A stretch of DNA of 64,000 nt, taken from the NCBI GenBank assembly GCA_017848635.1, contig JAFIHK010000010.1, positions 5,539-69,538 of the forward strand. Direction: 5' to 3'. Source of the DNA: Bacteroidales bacterium. GTDB taxonomy: Bacteria; Bacteroidota; Bacteroidia; Bacteroidales; UBA932. The notes beneath the pieces were generated by a model, which worked only from the letters and a program-made list of their open reading frames with translations, had not been told where the DNA came from and did no database searches. A program made the position numbers and the translations under genes. This document shows positions 17,824-28,343 of this stretch, piece after piece (the stretch's first letter is position 1; every line of letters starts with the position of its first letter).

Positions 17824-19611
17824 ATGAAGAATATAAGGAACTTTTGTATAATTGCCCACATAGATCATGGAAAAAGCACACTGGCCGACAGATTGCTCGA
17901 GTGTACCAATACTCTCAACGAAAGGGAGATGGAAGCACAGGTACTCGACTCTATGGATCTCGAAAAGGAGAAGGGGATAACAATCAAAAGTCACGCAATA
18001 CAGATGGAGTATTTTCATGAGGGAGAGAAGTATATTCTTAATCTTATCGACACTCCTGGCCACGTAGACTTCTCCTATGAAGTTTCAAGGGCAATAGCAT
18101 CGTGTGAAGGGGCCCTGCTGGTTGTTGATGCTACCCAGGGGATTCAGGCTCAGACAATATCAAATCTCTACCTTGCTCTGGGGCACGATCTGGAGATTAT
18201 CCCAGTACTGAATAAGATAGATATGGATGCTGCAATGATAGAGTCCGTTAAAGATCAGATAATTGATCTTATAGGCTGTGATGATGAAGATATTTTACTG
18301 GCAAGCGGAAAGACAGGCGTTGGAGTACCGGAAATTCTGGAGGCAATTGTAAAGAGAGTTCCTGCTCCCAAGGGAGAAGAGGATGCTCCGCTTCAGGCTC
18401 TTATTTTTGACTCTGTTTTTAACTCCTTCAGGGGTATCATAGCATATTTTAAGGTTGTTAACGGAGTAATCCGAAAAGGGGACAAAGTTAAGTTCTTCAA
18501 TACCGGTAAAACATACGATGCCGACGAGGTCGGAATATTGAGGCTAAAGATGGTACCTACCGGAGAGGTGAGAACAGGCGATGTGGGTTATATAATTTCG
18601 GGAATTAAAACGGCAAGCGAGGTAAAGGTGGGAGATACTATCACCCACGTGGAGAGACCCTGTTCAAAGTCTATTGCAGGATTTGAAGAGGTAAAACCTA
18701 TGGTTTTTGCCGGGGTGTATCCCGTTGTGGCAGATGAGTATGAGGATCTTAGAACTTCTCTCGAAAAGCTTCAGCTTAACGATGCTTCTTTGGTTTTTGA
18801 ACCGGAATCGTCACTTGCTCTCGGTTTTGGTTTCAGATGTGGTTTCCTGGGGCTCCTTCATATGGAGATTGTGCAGGAGAGGCTCTACAGAGAGTTTGAT
18901 ATGGATGTTATAACCACTGTTCCCAACGTTTCATATAAAGTATATACCACACAGGGAGAGACTCTGGATGTTCACAATCCTTCGGGACTACCGGCCGTTA
19001 CTCTTATTGACTACATTGAGGAACCCTATATTCGTGCTCAGGTAATCTCCAAATCGGAGTATTTTGGTGCGATTATGAAGCTCTGTCTCGATAAAAGAGG
19101 TATTCTCGTGAGCCAGCATTTCCTCACAAGTGAAAGGGTAGAGCTCAATTTCGATATGCCTCTTGCTGAGATTGTTTTCGATTTTTACGATAAACTTAAG
19201 TCTGTTTCCAGAGGATATGCCTCATTTGATTATCATGTAACAGGCTATAAGGAGGCAGAGCTTGTAAAACTAGATATTCTGCTGAACTCTGAACAGGTTG
19301 ATGCTCTCTCCAGTCTTATTCATCGTGATCACGCCTATGACTTTGGCAGGAGGATGTGTGAAAAACTTAAAGAGCTTATTCCCCGCCAGCAGTTCGATAT
19401 AGCCATTCAGGCTGCAATCGGAGCAAAGATTATTGCTCGTGAGACAGTCAAGGCCGTGAGAAAGGATGTAACTGCAAAATGCTACGGTGGAGATATCTCG
19501 CGTAAAAGGAAACTTCTCGAAAAGCAGAAAAAGGGTAAAAAGCGTATGAGGCAGATCGGTAATGTAGAGGTGCCTCAAAGTGCTTTTATGGCCGTTCTAA
19601 AACTGGACTAA
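17824..19611 (+). CDS. lepA: translation elongation factor 4
   Basis: [28 protein letters not shown] and NKID motifs, plus the LepA-specific C-terminus ([22 protein letters not shown]). Confidence 0.95.
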   Translation: MKNIRNFCIIAHIDHGKSTLADRLLECTNTLNEREMEAQVLDSMDLEKEKGITIKSHAIQMEYFHEGEKYILNLIDTPGHVDFSYEVSRAIASCEGALLVVDATQGIQAQTISNLYLALGHDLEIIPVLNKIDMDAAMIESVKDQIIDLIGCDDEDILLASGKTGVGVPEILEAIVKRVPAPKGEEDAPLQALIFDSVFNSFRGIIAYFKVVNGVIRKGDKVKFFNTGKTYDADEVGILRLKMVPTGEVRTGDVGYIISGIKTASEVKVGDTITHVERPCSKSIAGFEEVKPMVFAGVYPVVADEYEDLRTSLEKLQLNDASLVFEPESSLALGFGFRCGFLGLLHMEIVQERLYREFDMDVITTVPNVSYKVYTTQGETLDVHNPSGLPAVTLIDYIEEPYIRAQVISKSEYFGAIMKLCLDKRGILVSQHFLTSERVELNFDMPLAEIVFDFYDKLKSVSRGYASFDYHVTGYKEAELVKLDILLNSEQVDALSSLIHRDHAYDFGRRMCEKLKELIPRQQFDIAIQAAIGAKIIARETVKAVRKDVTAKCYGGDISRKRKLLEKQKKGKKRMRQIGNVEVPQSAFMAVLKLD

Positions 19612-21956
19612 TTGACAGTATAACTCTTTGAGAATGGGGTTCCATCAGAAAGGAATCCCTCAACTTTTATATTGAGTTGGTTCTCTTTGTCGTCTGTATA
19701 AAATTCAAAGAGGGAGACCCCTAGTAAATCTAAATTCAAGCTGGGGTTCCAGTATAAGGTTCTCCGATAGTCAGGAATAGGTGAGTGGAGCCTTTCGTAT
19801 GACTTATAATTTGGTGCCGAAAATCGCTTCTCGGGTTGATAACCCAGGGGATAGATCTTTCTGATATTGGTGGCGCTCTTCTTCTCCAGTCCTCTTCCTC
19901 TCCTTGTGGTGATCAGTATGGCCCCATTTGAGGTCTTAAACAGTGATGCCGAATTTCCCCTCAGATATGCGATATTCTCAGCATCCTGAACCTGCATTCC
20001 ATATTGAAAGAGTAGTTCGGTACTGCTCCACTGCATATTATCTACAAAAAGTAACGGCTCTGTAGGTCCGTTTAGTGTGTTGCCCCTTGTGGAGTATAGA
20101 ACCTCACCCGATTTATACAATCCGGGGAATGCAATTACAAGATAATCAGCAATCATCATGTGGTCAAACTCCTGAAGTTCGGTTCTGTTTTTCAGTTGAG
20201 ACTTATTAAATGTACTGAGGTAGGGAGATGGATTGTATCTGGGGTTCATGTTGTACTTTTCGCCCTTTACATATATCTCCTTCAGATTTCTTTTGGTAAC
20301 CCCCTTCTCCTCACTATCCGATTTTAAGAGAGAGTCGTTCGAACCGGGGATGGCTGTTCGTTTAAAATCGGGAAGTCTTCGTTGCCAGCGGGCAAATGAG
20401 GGGAAGCGCTCTTCATCAATTTCGAGAGAGTATAACTGCCCTCCGTTTTTCCCAGAGGTAGCCAGTAAAAATGAGGTACTGTCGGGGAAATCGAGTCCCT
20501 CAATTTTAAACCTTGAGTCATTAAGCACATATGCCTGCTTGAGATTTATCGAAGGAGCATATAGCATCAGAACCTTATTTTTTACTGCTCTGTTGAACAT
20601 TCCCGTAACTCTGCCGGATATAGTTTGAGAGTACTCCCGTTCGAACGGAGTAACCTCGGGGGTGAAGTTGCGCAGTGCAGATGTCATCATCAACAGATCC
20701 ATATATCGCTCTCTATCCGGATTGGCATCGTTGAAATAGTAACCCGGATCAACCACCTCATCCGAGAGGTGCGAAGAGAGCATGGTGAAGGAGTATAGAT
20801 TTTCGGCATTGGGATCCTGTTTCTCACTTTTTAGATTTGTTACAGATACCGAAAAGTTACCTGTGAGCGGTTTAAGCTCACCGTCATTGACAGATACCCG
20901 CACCTCGACCCTCTCTCTCTTGTCATAACTATTTTTGTTAGTCGAGATTACAATGTTGGGTCTGGTTTTGTCATAAATATAAAAGAGTCTTCTTGAGATA
21001 ACACTGTCACTTCTGTCGCAGATATCTGCACAGTTTATTCCAGGAGGTAACCCCCCCTTGTCAAGGATGAATATCTGCCCGCTGTTTGCGATCTCTTTTG
21101 AGAAGTATACGAGATTTTGGCTTGATAGTTTTACAGTCAGTCCCTCTCTGACAGAGTCTGGCAGATTTCTGAACTTTACAGTAAGTGCTACTCTGTTGCC
21201 TATGTTATTCAAAGATATCGCTGCTCCGGATGTTTCCGGATCGGGAAGTTTAAAGCGTTGAATTTCACCCGATTTGTTTCTGGCTAAAATATAATAACCG
21301 CTTACTGGATTGTTTATTGACAGCACACCCATTCCGCTGTGTTTCGTATATACTGAATCTATAAAGGTTCCCTCGGGGCTGTAGAGTGCTCCGGATAAAT
21401 CTAAAGGGTTCTCGAATTCATCTTTTATGCTGAATGCCACTTTTGATACCTCTCCCGCAAAGTATCTGCCCCCCTCCGGAAAGTACCTTATAGTAAATCC
21501 ACTGTTTTGTGTTTTGGATACCGGAGTGTTGTTGCCCTGTGCGCTGGAAGGGGTAATTACCGGTATCTCCTTGGCGTAGATATAGTTGTTTGGAAAGTTC
21601 TGCATCCATCGGGTGTAGGCTCTTAAAATGTAGAGGCCCCTTTTCAAAGTATCAGGAATTTTGAAACTGCCTGCAAAACCACTCTCACTTAATTTGATCT
21701 TTATTTTATTTTCAAAATTATCTCCACGAAGCTCCACATATATGAACCTGCTGTTTTCCAAAGTCGAATCAGGATTTGCATTAAAGAGGTAACCTTTAAA
21801 CCAGATCTCCTCTCCGGCAAAGTATGTAGTTTTATCGGTGTGCAGATAGAGTTTTTCACCGGTATCTATGTAAGAGGCTCTTTTTGTTTGGGAGTTAATA
21901 AGAGATGAAGAGAGGCAAATGATAGTAATTATTGCCAGTTTCTTTGCGAAAAGCAT
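19608..21956 (-). CDS. large exported protein with an MG2-like N-terminal region and a TonB-plug-like C-terminal region (paralogue A)
   Basis: Signal peptide from the ATG at 21956. [25 protein letters not shown] resembles macroglobulin MG2. [27 protein letters not shown] resembles the TonB-dependent receptor plug motif. No beta-barrel-length sequence follows. Confidence 0.6.
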   Translation of the reverse strand: MLFAKKLAIITIICLSSSLINSQTKRASYIDTGEKLYLHTDKTTYFAGEEIWFKGYLFNANPDSTLENSRFIYVELRGDNFENKIKIKLSESGFAGSFKIPDTLKRGLYILRAYTRWMQNFPNNYIYAKEIPVITPSSAQGNNTPVSKTQNSGFTIRYFPEGGRYFAGEVSKVAFSIKDEFENPLDLSGALYSPEGTFIDSVYTKHSGMGVLSINNPVSGYYILARNKSGEIQRFKLPDPETSGAAISLNNIGNRVALTVKFRNLPDSVREGLTVKLSSQNLVYFSKEIANSGQIFILDKGGLPPGINCADICDRSDSVISRRLFYIYDKTRPNIVISTNKNSYDKRERVEVRVSVNDGELKPLTGNFSVSVTNLKSEKQDPNAENLYSFTMLSSHLSDEVVDPGYYFNDANPDRERYMDLLMMTSALRNFTPEVTPFEREYSQTISGRVTGMFNRAVKNKVLMLYAPSINLKQAYVLNDSRFKIEGLDFPDSTSFLLATSGKNGGQLYSLEIDEERFPSFARWQRRLPDFKRTAIPGSNDSLLKSDSEEKGVTKRNLKEIYVKGEKYNMNPRYNPSPYLSTFNKSQLKNRTELQEFDHMMIADYLVIAFPGLYKSGEVLYSTRGNTLNGPTEPLLFVDNMQWSSTELLFQYGMQVQDAENIAYLRGNSASLFKTSNGAILITTRRGRGLEKKSATNIRKIYPLGYQPEKRFSAPNYKSYERLHSPIPDYRRTLYWNPSLNLDLLGVSLFEFYTDDKENQLNIKVEGFLSDGTPFSKSYTVN

Positions 21957-22140
21957 AGGATTATAAATATTTAACTCAAAAGTAATCAATATGTTTGAAC
22001 ATTACAATTTATATAACTTTAGTTTATAATAATTCAACAAATTTGAAGTTAAAATAATTAAGGAGGCTTAAGTAATTATATAATAGAATGATAGATGGAT
22101 TTTGTCAGGTTTAATTATTTGAATAGGTAATAATTATTAA

Positions 22141-22148
22141 TATATTTG
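22141..22148 (+). promoter_or_regulatory. candidate -7 promoter box (TAtaTTTG) with TTTG at 22118-22121
   Basis: The TAnnTTTG box ends 7 nt before the ATG at 22156, which implies a very short or absent leader. Confidence 0.3.
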
Positions 22149-22155
22149 TCCCATT

Positions 22156-23373
22156 ATGAAACGTATTATCATTTTAGGAGATGGGATGGCCGATGAACCA
22201 TTGGAGGCTCTCGGGGGCAAAACTCCGCTTGAGTATGCCCGGACTCCCAATATGGATATGCTGGCAAAGTTGGGGGTAAACGGAACATTGGAAACGGTTC
22301 CTCAAGGTTTTGCCCCCGGCAGTGAAATTGCAAATATGACTTTGCTGGGTTACGATGTTGAGAACGAATTTGAGGGTAGAGGATCTCTTGAGGCTGCAAG
22401 TATCGGAGTAGATTTAGAAGCGGGAGATATGGCGCTCAGGTGTAATCTTATTACCATATCTAATGGGTTGATAAAGAATCATTCGGCGGGTCATATATCA
22501 ACGGAAGAGGCTGGTGTACTTATAGATTTTCTAAATGATAAACTTGCCAATGATAAAATAAGATTTTACAAAGGAGTTGCATATCGGCATCTGCTGGTGA
22601 TAGCTGGAGGGGATAAAAGAGTTATCTGCACACCTCCACACGATGTCCCCGGTACTCCGTTTAGTGATGTAATGATAAAAGCAACAGATAGCTCGGCTGG
22701 TCAGACGGCTGAGGTTCTCAATTCATTGATAATTAGATCTCAAAAGCTACTGGAATCGCACCCCGTTAATATAGAGAGGATTAAATTGGGGAGGGATCCT
22801 GCAAACAGCATATGGCCATGGTCTCCCGGGTATCGTCCGGCAATGAAGAGCATTCCGGAGAAGTTCCCCTGGATCGGCAGCGGCAGCGTCATTTCTGCAG
22901 TTGATCTCATTAAGGGTATAGGTGTTTACGCCGGACTTGAATCAATTGAAGTTGACGGTGCTACCGGACTCTATGATACAAATTATGAGGGTAAGGCTGC
23001 CGCTGCTATTGAAGAGTTAAGGAGAAAAGATTTTGTTTTCCTTCATATTGAAGCGAGCGACGAGGCGAGTCATGAGGGGGATATTGCATTAAAAATTAAA
23101 ACGATAGAGGACCTGGACAGAAGGGTGGTGGGTCCGCTTTTCGAAGCAGTTAAGAATTTTGACGATGCTGTCTCAATCGCAGTTCTTCCCGATCATCCGA
23201 CATACTGTCGTTTAAAAACACACGTTAGAGAGTGTGTTCCATTTTTGATCTACAACATAGATCTTGAGCCGGATTCCGTTATGCAGTATAATGAAAGGGC
23301 TGCTCGGAACGGGTCTCTGGGAAGTCTTAAAGGCAGCGAATTCATAGAACTTTTTTTGAAACAGGGTATTTAG
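22156..23373 (+). CDS. cofactor-independent phosphoglycerate mutase (ApgM) family protein, proposed alternative homoserine kinase
   Basis: N-terminus IILGDGMADEP, plus LHIEASDEASHEGD and LPDHPT metal-site motifs of the alkaline-phosphatase-superfamily mutases. It ends 1 nt before thrC. Confidence 0.8.
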   Translation: MKRIIILGDGMADEPLEALGGKTPLEYARTPNMDMLAKLGVNGTLETVPQGFAPGSEIANMTLLGYDVENEFEGRGSLEAASIGVDLEAGDMALRCNLITISNGLIKNHSAGHISTEEAGVLIDFLNDKLANDKIRFYKGVAYRHLLVIAGGDKRVICTPPHDVPGTPFSDVMIKATDSSAGQTAEVLNSLIIRSQKLLESHPVNIERIKLGRDPANSIWPWSPGYRPAMKSIPEKFPWIGSGSVISAVDLIKGIGVYAGLESIEVDGATGLYDTNYEGKAAAAIEELRRKDFVFLHIEASDEASHEGDIALKIKTIEDLDRRVVGPLFEAVKNFDDAVSIAVLPDHPTYCRLKTHVRECVPFLIYNIDLEPDSVMQYNERAARNGSLGSLKGSEFIELFLKQGI

Positions 23374-23374
23374 T

Positions 23375-24700
23375 ATGAAATATTACAGCACATCGGGGAG
23401 CGCTCCCCTTGCCACTCTCGAAGAGGCGGTTGTAAACGGGCTCGCTCCCGACAAGGGGCTATATCTGCCCGTGAGTATACCGCAGATAGATAGGGCTTTT
23501 TTAAGAGAACTCCCACACCTCTCTTTGCCCGAAGTTGCATATGGGGTTGCAACTGTATTATTTGGTGATGATATTGATAAATCGGAACTTAAAAGAATAG
23601 TCTTCGAAACGATGAGTTTCGATATTCCACTCACGACGGTGGAAAAGAATATCTATTCACTCGAACTTTTCCACGGCCCCACAGCTGCATTCAAAGATGT
23701 CGGGGCCAGGTTCATGGCAAGAGTTCTCGGATATTTCACCAGGAAGGAGAGAGAGAGGAGGATAACAGTGCTGGTTGCAACTTCGGGAGATACCGGTAGT
23801 GCTGTGGCCAATGGGTTTCTCGGCGTCCCGGGGGTAGATGTGATTGTACTTTATCCCGAAGGGCTTGTAAGCGATATCCAGGAGAAGCAGTTTACCACAT
23901 TGGGACAGAATGTAACAGCGCTTGAGGTTAGGGGCACTTTTGACGATTGTCAATCAATGGTAAAGAGCGCCTTTATGGATTCCGAACTTAAAAAGAGCCT
24001 GAATCTGACATCGGCAAATTCAATAAATATTGCCAGGTTCCTCCCTCAGTCGTTTTACTACTTCTATGCCTATGGGCAGATTAAATCAATTTTCGATAAA
24101 AGAGATATCAGCGAGATTCCGGAGGTTGTATTTTCAGTTCCGAGCGGAAATTTCGGGAATCTTTGTGCCGGACTTGTTGCAAAAAGAATGGGGCTCCCTG
24201 TCAAACGGTTTATTGCTGCTAATAACTCAAATGACATAGTATGCAAGTATCTGGAGTCGGGTAAGTTTGAGCCAAGAGCCTCGGTTGCTACTATTGCAAA
24301 TGCTATGGATGTAGGTAATCCCAGCAATTTTGAGAGGATTCTCGATCTATGTTCAGGATCTCATGAGGCTGTAAAGATGGAGATATCCGGAAAAGCGTAC
24401 AGCGACAGCCAAATTGCCGAGACCATTACCGGATTGTATAATAGAACTGGATATTTGGCCGATCCTCACGGTGCCTGTGGATACAGGGCTTTAAGTGAGA
24501 GCCTCTCCAATGGGGAGGTGGGACTCTTTCTTGAGACTGCTCATCCGGCAAAATTCAGAGATACAATACTTGATATTGCAGGTTTAGAGGTTGAGATACC
24601 CGAACGTTTAGCCGCATATATGCGCGGCAAAAAGCAGAGCATACCGATTTCTGCCGGATACGACGCCCTCAGGAGTTTTCTAAAACAATCTCATAGGTGA
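23375..24700 (+). CDS. thrC: threonine synthase
   Basis: N-terminus YYSTSG and PLP-lysine motif GPTAAFKDVGARF. Length of 441 aa is typical. Confidence 0.92.
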   Translation: MKYYSTSGSAPLATLEEAVVNGLAPDKGLYLPVSIPQIDRAFLRELPHLSLPEVAYGVATVLFGDDIDKSELKRIVFETMSFDIPLTTVEKNIYSLELFHGPTAAFKDVGARFMARVLGYFTRKERERRITVLVATSGDTGSAVANGFLGVPGVDVIVLYPEGLVSDIQEKQFTTLGQNVTALEVRGTFDDCQSMVKSAFMDSELKKSLNLTSANSINIARFLPQSFYYFYAYGQIKSIFDKRDISEIPEVVFSVPSGNFGNLCAGLVAKRMGLPVKRFIAANNSNDIVCKYLESGKFEPRASVATIANAMDVGNPSNFERILDLCSGSHEAVKMEISGKAYSDSQIAETITGLYNRTGYLADPHGACGYRALSESLSNGEVGLFLETAHPAKFRDTILDIAGLEVEIPERLAAYMRGKKQSIPISAGYDALRSFLKQSHR

Positions 24701-25088
24701 TTGTCATCGCTTTTTTGTAAACGGCAGATACTCCGCAATATCTCTCCTGGGAGAGCTCGATAGCCTTCTGGATCTTCTCCCGGTCAAGATCTTTACCGCG
24801 GAACTTGTATATAACATTCATTTTGTTGTAGTGCTTAGGATGTTCCTCGGTTACATCCGCTTCGATTTTTATATCGAAATCTTCTATTTCGACTCTCATC
24901 TTATTCAGAATTGATATTACATCTATTCCCGTACATCCGGCCAATGCTGCAAGCATAAGCTGTTTCGGCCTTGCGCCGCTGTCGCCTCCTCCGATGCTCT
25001 CGTCGGCGTCCATAGCAATTTTGTGTCCACCTACATTTGCCTCAAATGCAAAACCTTTATTCCATTTAGTTTCTACTGTATGTTTCAT
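24669..25088 (-). CDS. OsmC family peroxiredoxin-like protein
   Basis: About 140 aa, with PKQLMLAALAGCTGIDV and ERYCGV Cys motifs. Confidence 0.85.
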   Translation of the reverse strand: MKHTVETKWNKGFAFEANVGGHKIAMDADESIGGGDSGARPKQLMLAALAGCTGIDVISILNKMRVEIEDFDIKIEADVTEEHPKHYNKMNVIYKFRGKDLDREKIQKAIELSQERYCGVSAVYKKAMTITYEIVLENS

Positions 25089-25177
25089 TGCAAAAATGTT
25101 TAATCTCTGTTGTAAAGATATAGTTTTGTTTATAATGTGAAGAATTTTGGTTACTTTTAATAAAATGATTCACTGAT

Positions 25178-27625
25178 ATGAAGTGCTGTATATGCCTTAT
25201 CGCACTATTGTTCCTTGGAACAGTTGAAGGGTATTCTTCGGGTAGAGATTCGCTCCGCAAAGCGCCCCTTGCCGGAGGAGAGAAACTCTATCTGCATACG
25301 GATAAAAATAGATATCTGCCTGGAGATACTATATGGATGAGGGGCTATCTTTTAAACTCCTCTTTATCTCATCAGGAGATTCTCAGCGGATTCATTTATG
25401 TAGAGTTGTACGGTGAAAATTTTGTTAAAAGAGTAAAGATCAAAGACTCAGAAAATGGATTCTCCGGCTTTTTGAGTATTCCCGACACATTGAGCGGAGG
25501 AAACTACAGACTGAGGGCATATACACGCAGAATGCTCAACTTTCCAGCGGACTTCATTTATCAGAAGGTAATAGTTGTAAAGGAGCAGAAGGAGAGGGTA
25601 TTACAGGTTTTAAGCGATAAAGATTTTGATCTTCAGTTTCTGCCTGAAGGGGGCAGATTTTTTTCCGGAATTCCGGCCAGAATTGCCTTTAAGGGGATTA
25701 AGAGTGATGGGTTCCATGCAGATATATCTGGGGTATTGTATAGCAAAGAGGGGCAGAAGATACTCTCCTTCGCTTCGGTGTACAACGGAATGGGCTTGAT
25801 ACAGCTTCCAAATCCGGATACATCGGGATATTATGTAATGGCATCCGTAAATGGCGGGCCTCCTGTAAGATTTGAGTTTCCTTCACCCGAAAATAGCGGA
25901 GTCTCCGTTATGGTTTCAAAAAGGGGCGGAAGAATACTCACAGACTTTGTCTCATCGGGAGTGGATGTGGAAGGTATGACTCTGGAGCTATCTAACGGAG
26001 AGGATATCCTGTATTCAAAAGTTATCGGGAATGGTAGCGAACGCTGTATGTTCGATCCTAATTTGATCCCTTATGGAGTGAACAGTATTGCCGTTAGACA
26101 TAAAAACGGTGATATTCTGGCCGAGAGATTGTTCTTTAACTATACTTCGCGGAATATTAATCTGTTGCACAATCTGAACAAAGAGAATTTTGGCGTAAGA
26201 GATTCTGTCGGAGTTAGATTTCTGATGAAGGGACTCTCGGGAGATACTCTCAATGGAAATTTTTCGGTTTCTGTCGCCGAAGTTAACTCTTCCGGAGTAA
26301 AGCCGGCAGATGAAAATATTCTCTCCTATATGGAGTTATCGGGTAAGGTCAAAGGATATGTTGAGGATGCCGGGTTCTATTTTTATGATATTACCCCCGA
26401 GAAGGAGAGAATGATGGATCTCCTTATGATGACTCAAGGGTGGCGATACTATTGCCAAACAACGACTTTTCTGTATGAAAAAGAGCTCTCTCAGTCGATA
26501 TCGGGTACTCTGAGCGGGCTGTTTTCAAAAGATGTAAAAAACGCCATTCTTATGGTAATTGCTCCTCAGATCAATTTCAGACAGGCATATATTATGGATT
26601 CCGATAACAGGTTTAAAATTGAGGGTCTGGATTTTCATGACAGTACCTCTTTCATTGCCGGGGTGAGCGGACGCAGGGGTGGACAGCTTTACGGTCTGAC
26701 TCTCGACAGGGAGGAGTTTCCGTCTGTACTGAAGATAAGAGAACGAATAGTAGTTAAAAACAGGATTGGAGATACTCTCAATAAGGTTGAAATTAAGGAT
26801 GACCCTTCGGTTGAAAAGAGAAAGCTCAACGAAATTTATGTTAAGAGTGATGCAAAAAACCGGATTACTCCAAAGTACAATCCTTCGATAATGCTCTCCT
26901 CCTTTTCAAGGACTCAGTTGAAAGAGAGGGAAGAGCTCTCAAACTTTGATCAGATGGCGCTTATGGATTATCTTGTATATGCTTATCCCGGTCTAATTAT
27001 TGGAGACGCCGGCCAGATTGTCAGGGCAGATTTTAAAAACAGCACACAGTCTGCAGGAATCAGTTCTAAAGACTCTACATCCGGCGGCCCAATAAACGAT
27101 TCTCCGTCATATTCCGGAAGAGTATTGTTATCCACAAGGCAAACAAATATGCTGGGGCCGCAGGAGCCAATGTTATATGTAGATAATATTCAATGGAATT
27201 CAACTGCTCAACTTGATGAGATTGGGATGACGGTAAATGATGTTGAGAGTGTGGCTTTTTTAAGAGGAACTTCAGGCGCTATGTATAACACCCTTAGCGG
27301 AGTGATTTTGATTACAACAAGGAGGGGGCGGGGTGTTTCTGAAAAAAGGGGTACAAATATAGACAAGGTTATACCACTTGGTTACCAGACAAATGTCAGG
27401 TTCTATTCGCCTAAATACTCAACATATCAGGAGATGTCAAATTCAAAGCCGGATGAACGGAGAACTCTTTACTGGAACCCTTGTATTAAAACCGATATCG
27501 GTTCCGGAGAGGCTAAATTCGGGTTCTTTACAGGGGATAAGAGGGGAGAATTCGGTGTGCAGATAGAGGGATTATTAAATTCAGGAGAGTCTTTTGTAAA
27601 TTATTTTAAAATTATTGTCAATTAA
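25178..27625 (+). CDS. large exported protein with an MG2-like N-terminal region and a TonB-plug-like C-terminal region (paralogue B)
   Basis: Collinear with the 19608-21956 protein ([25 protein letters not shown] ... MDLLMMTQGWRYY ... [27 protein letters not shown]). Confidence 0.6.
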   Translation: MKCCICLIALLFLGTVEGYSSGRDSLRKAPLAGGEKLYLHTDKNRYLPGDTIWMRGYLLNSSLSHQEILSGFIYVELYGENFVKRVKIKDSENGFSGFLSIPDTLSGGNYRLRAYTRRMLNFPADFIYQKVIVVKEQKERVLQVLSDKDFDLQFLPEGGRFFSGIPARIAFKGIKSDGFHADISGVLYSKEGQKILSFASVYNGMGLIQLPNPDTSGYYVMASVNGGPPVRFEFPSPENSGVSVMVSKRGGRILTDFVSSGVDVEGMTLELSNGEDILYSKVIGNGSERCMFDPNLIPYGVNSIAVRHKNGDILAERLFFNYTSRNINLLHNLNKENFGVRDSVGVRFLMKGLSGDTLNGNFSVSVAEVNSSGVKPADENILSYMELSGKVKGYVEDAGFYFYDITPEKERMMDLLMMTQGWRYYCQTTTFLYEKELSQSISGTLSGLFSKDVKNAILMVIAPQINFRQAYIMDSDNRFKIEGLDFHDSTSFIAGVSGRRGGQLYGLTLDREEFPSVLKIRERIVVKNRIGDTLNKVEIKDDPSVEKRKLNEIYVKSDAKNRITPKYNPSIMLSSFSRTQLKEREELSNFDQMALMDYLVYAYPGLIIGDAGQIVRADFKNSTQSAGISSKDSTSGGPINDSPSYSGRVLLSTRQTNMLGPQEPMLYVDNIQWNSTAQLDEIGMTVNDVESVAFLRGTSGAMYNTLSGVILITTRRGRGVSEKRGTNIDKVIPLGYQTNVRFYSPKYSTYQEMSNSKPDERRTLYWNPCIKTDIGSGEAKFGFFTGDKRGEFGVQIEGLLNSGESFVNYFKIIVN

Positions 27626-27706
27626 ATTATCTGACACATAGTAGAATAGGATAAAATGTAATACAACAGGTAAAATTAAATTTGCGAAGTTAACGAGCTA
27701 TTGTAT

Positions 27707-27714
27707 TATTTTTG
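27707..27714 (+). promoter_or_regulatory. candidate -7 promoter box (TAttTTTG) for the ECF sigma/SusCD locus
   Basis: TAnnTTTG match 19 nt upstream of the ATG at 27733. Confidence 0.3.
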
Positions 27715-27732
27715 TTAAGGTTCGCCATTGCT

Positions 27733-28287
27733 ATGGATAAGATCAAATCATTTGTTGAAGGTGTAAATTCTCGCTCTTTAAGTGCGTTTGATGTACTATT
27801 CAAGCTGCACTACAGAGAGTTGGTTTACTTTTCGAGTATCATCTGCGGCTCGGTACAGGACGCCGAGGATATTGTGCACGATGTTTTGATCCAGTTGTGG
27901 GAGAGCGCATATAAATTTGAAAATCATATAGCCTTACGTTCGTTCCTCTATACAAGCACAAAAAACAGAACTATAAATTTTGTCAAAAGGCACAATAAGC
28001 AGCTCAATGATATATCATTTCTTGATCTCCGGGATAATAACGAATCCATAATCGTAGCAATTACCGATGCCGAGGTGCTGTCGCTCATAAATCTGGCTAT
28101 TACAAGACTCCCGTCGGAGTGCGCAAAAGTGATGAAGCTTATTCTTCAGGGGTATTCATCGGCAGAAATAGCTGTGATGCTCGATCTGGCGCAGAGTACT
28201 GTGAGGGCACAGAAGAGAAGGGGGATCTCTCTGTTACGTAAATATCTGCCCAAGGAGGCATTTCTCTTTTTTATCACATTTTTTTAA
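27733..28287 (+). CDS. ECF sigma-70 factor (FecI-like, PUL-associated)
   Basis: Region 2 (DAEDIVHDVLIQLWE) and region 4 (SSAEIAVMLDLAQSTVRAQKRRG). Followed by a FecR-like gene and a SusC gene that carries a signalling domain. Confidence 0.85.
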   Translation: MDKIKSFVEGVNSRSLSAFDVLFKLHYRELVYFSSIICGSVQDAEDIVHDVLIQLWESAYKFENHIALRSFLYTSTKNRTINFVKRHNKQLNDISFLDLRDNNESIIVAITDAEVLSLINLAITRLPSECAKVMKLILQGYSSAEIAVMLDLAQSTVRAQKRRGISLLRKYLPKEAFLFFITFF

Positions 28288-28343
28288 AATTATATAGTCA
28301 TTTCTCCGGGCTCGATTGCTCTATTCAAAAGAGATCGGATTTT

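Noticed and set aside
19608-27625. Whether the two inverted paralogues define an invertible DNA segment carrying the thr-osmC genes.
   Set aside because: The paralogues are similar at protein level but visibly diverged at nucleotide level. I found no long identical inverted repeats and no nearby recombinase.
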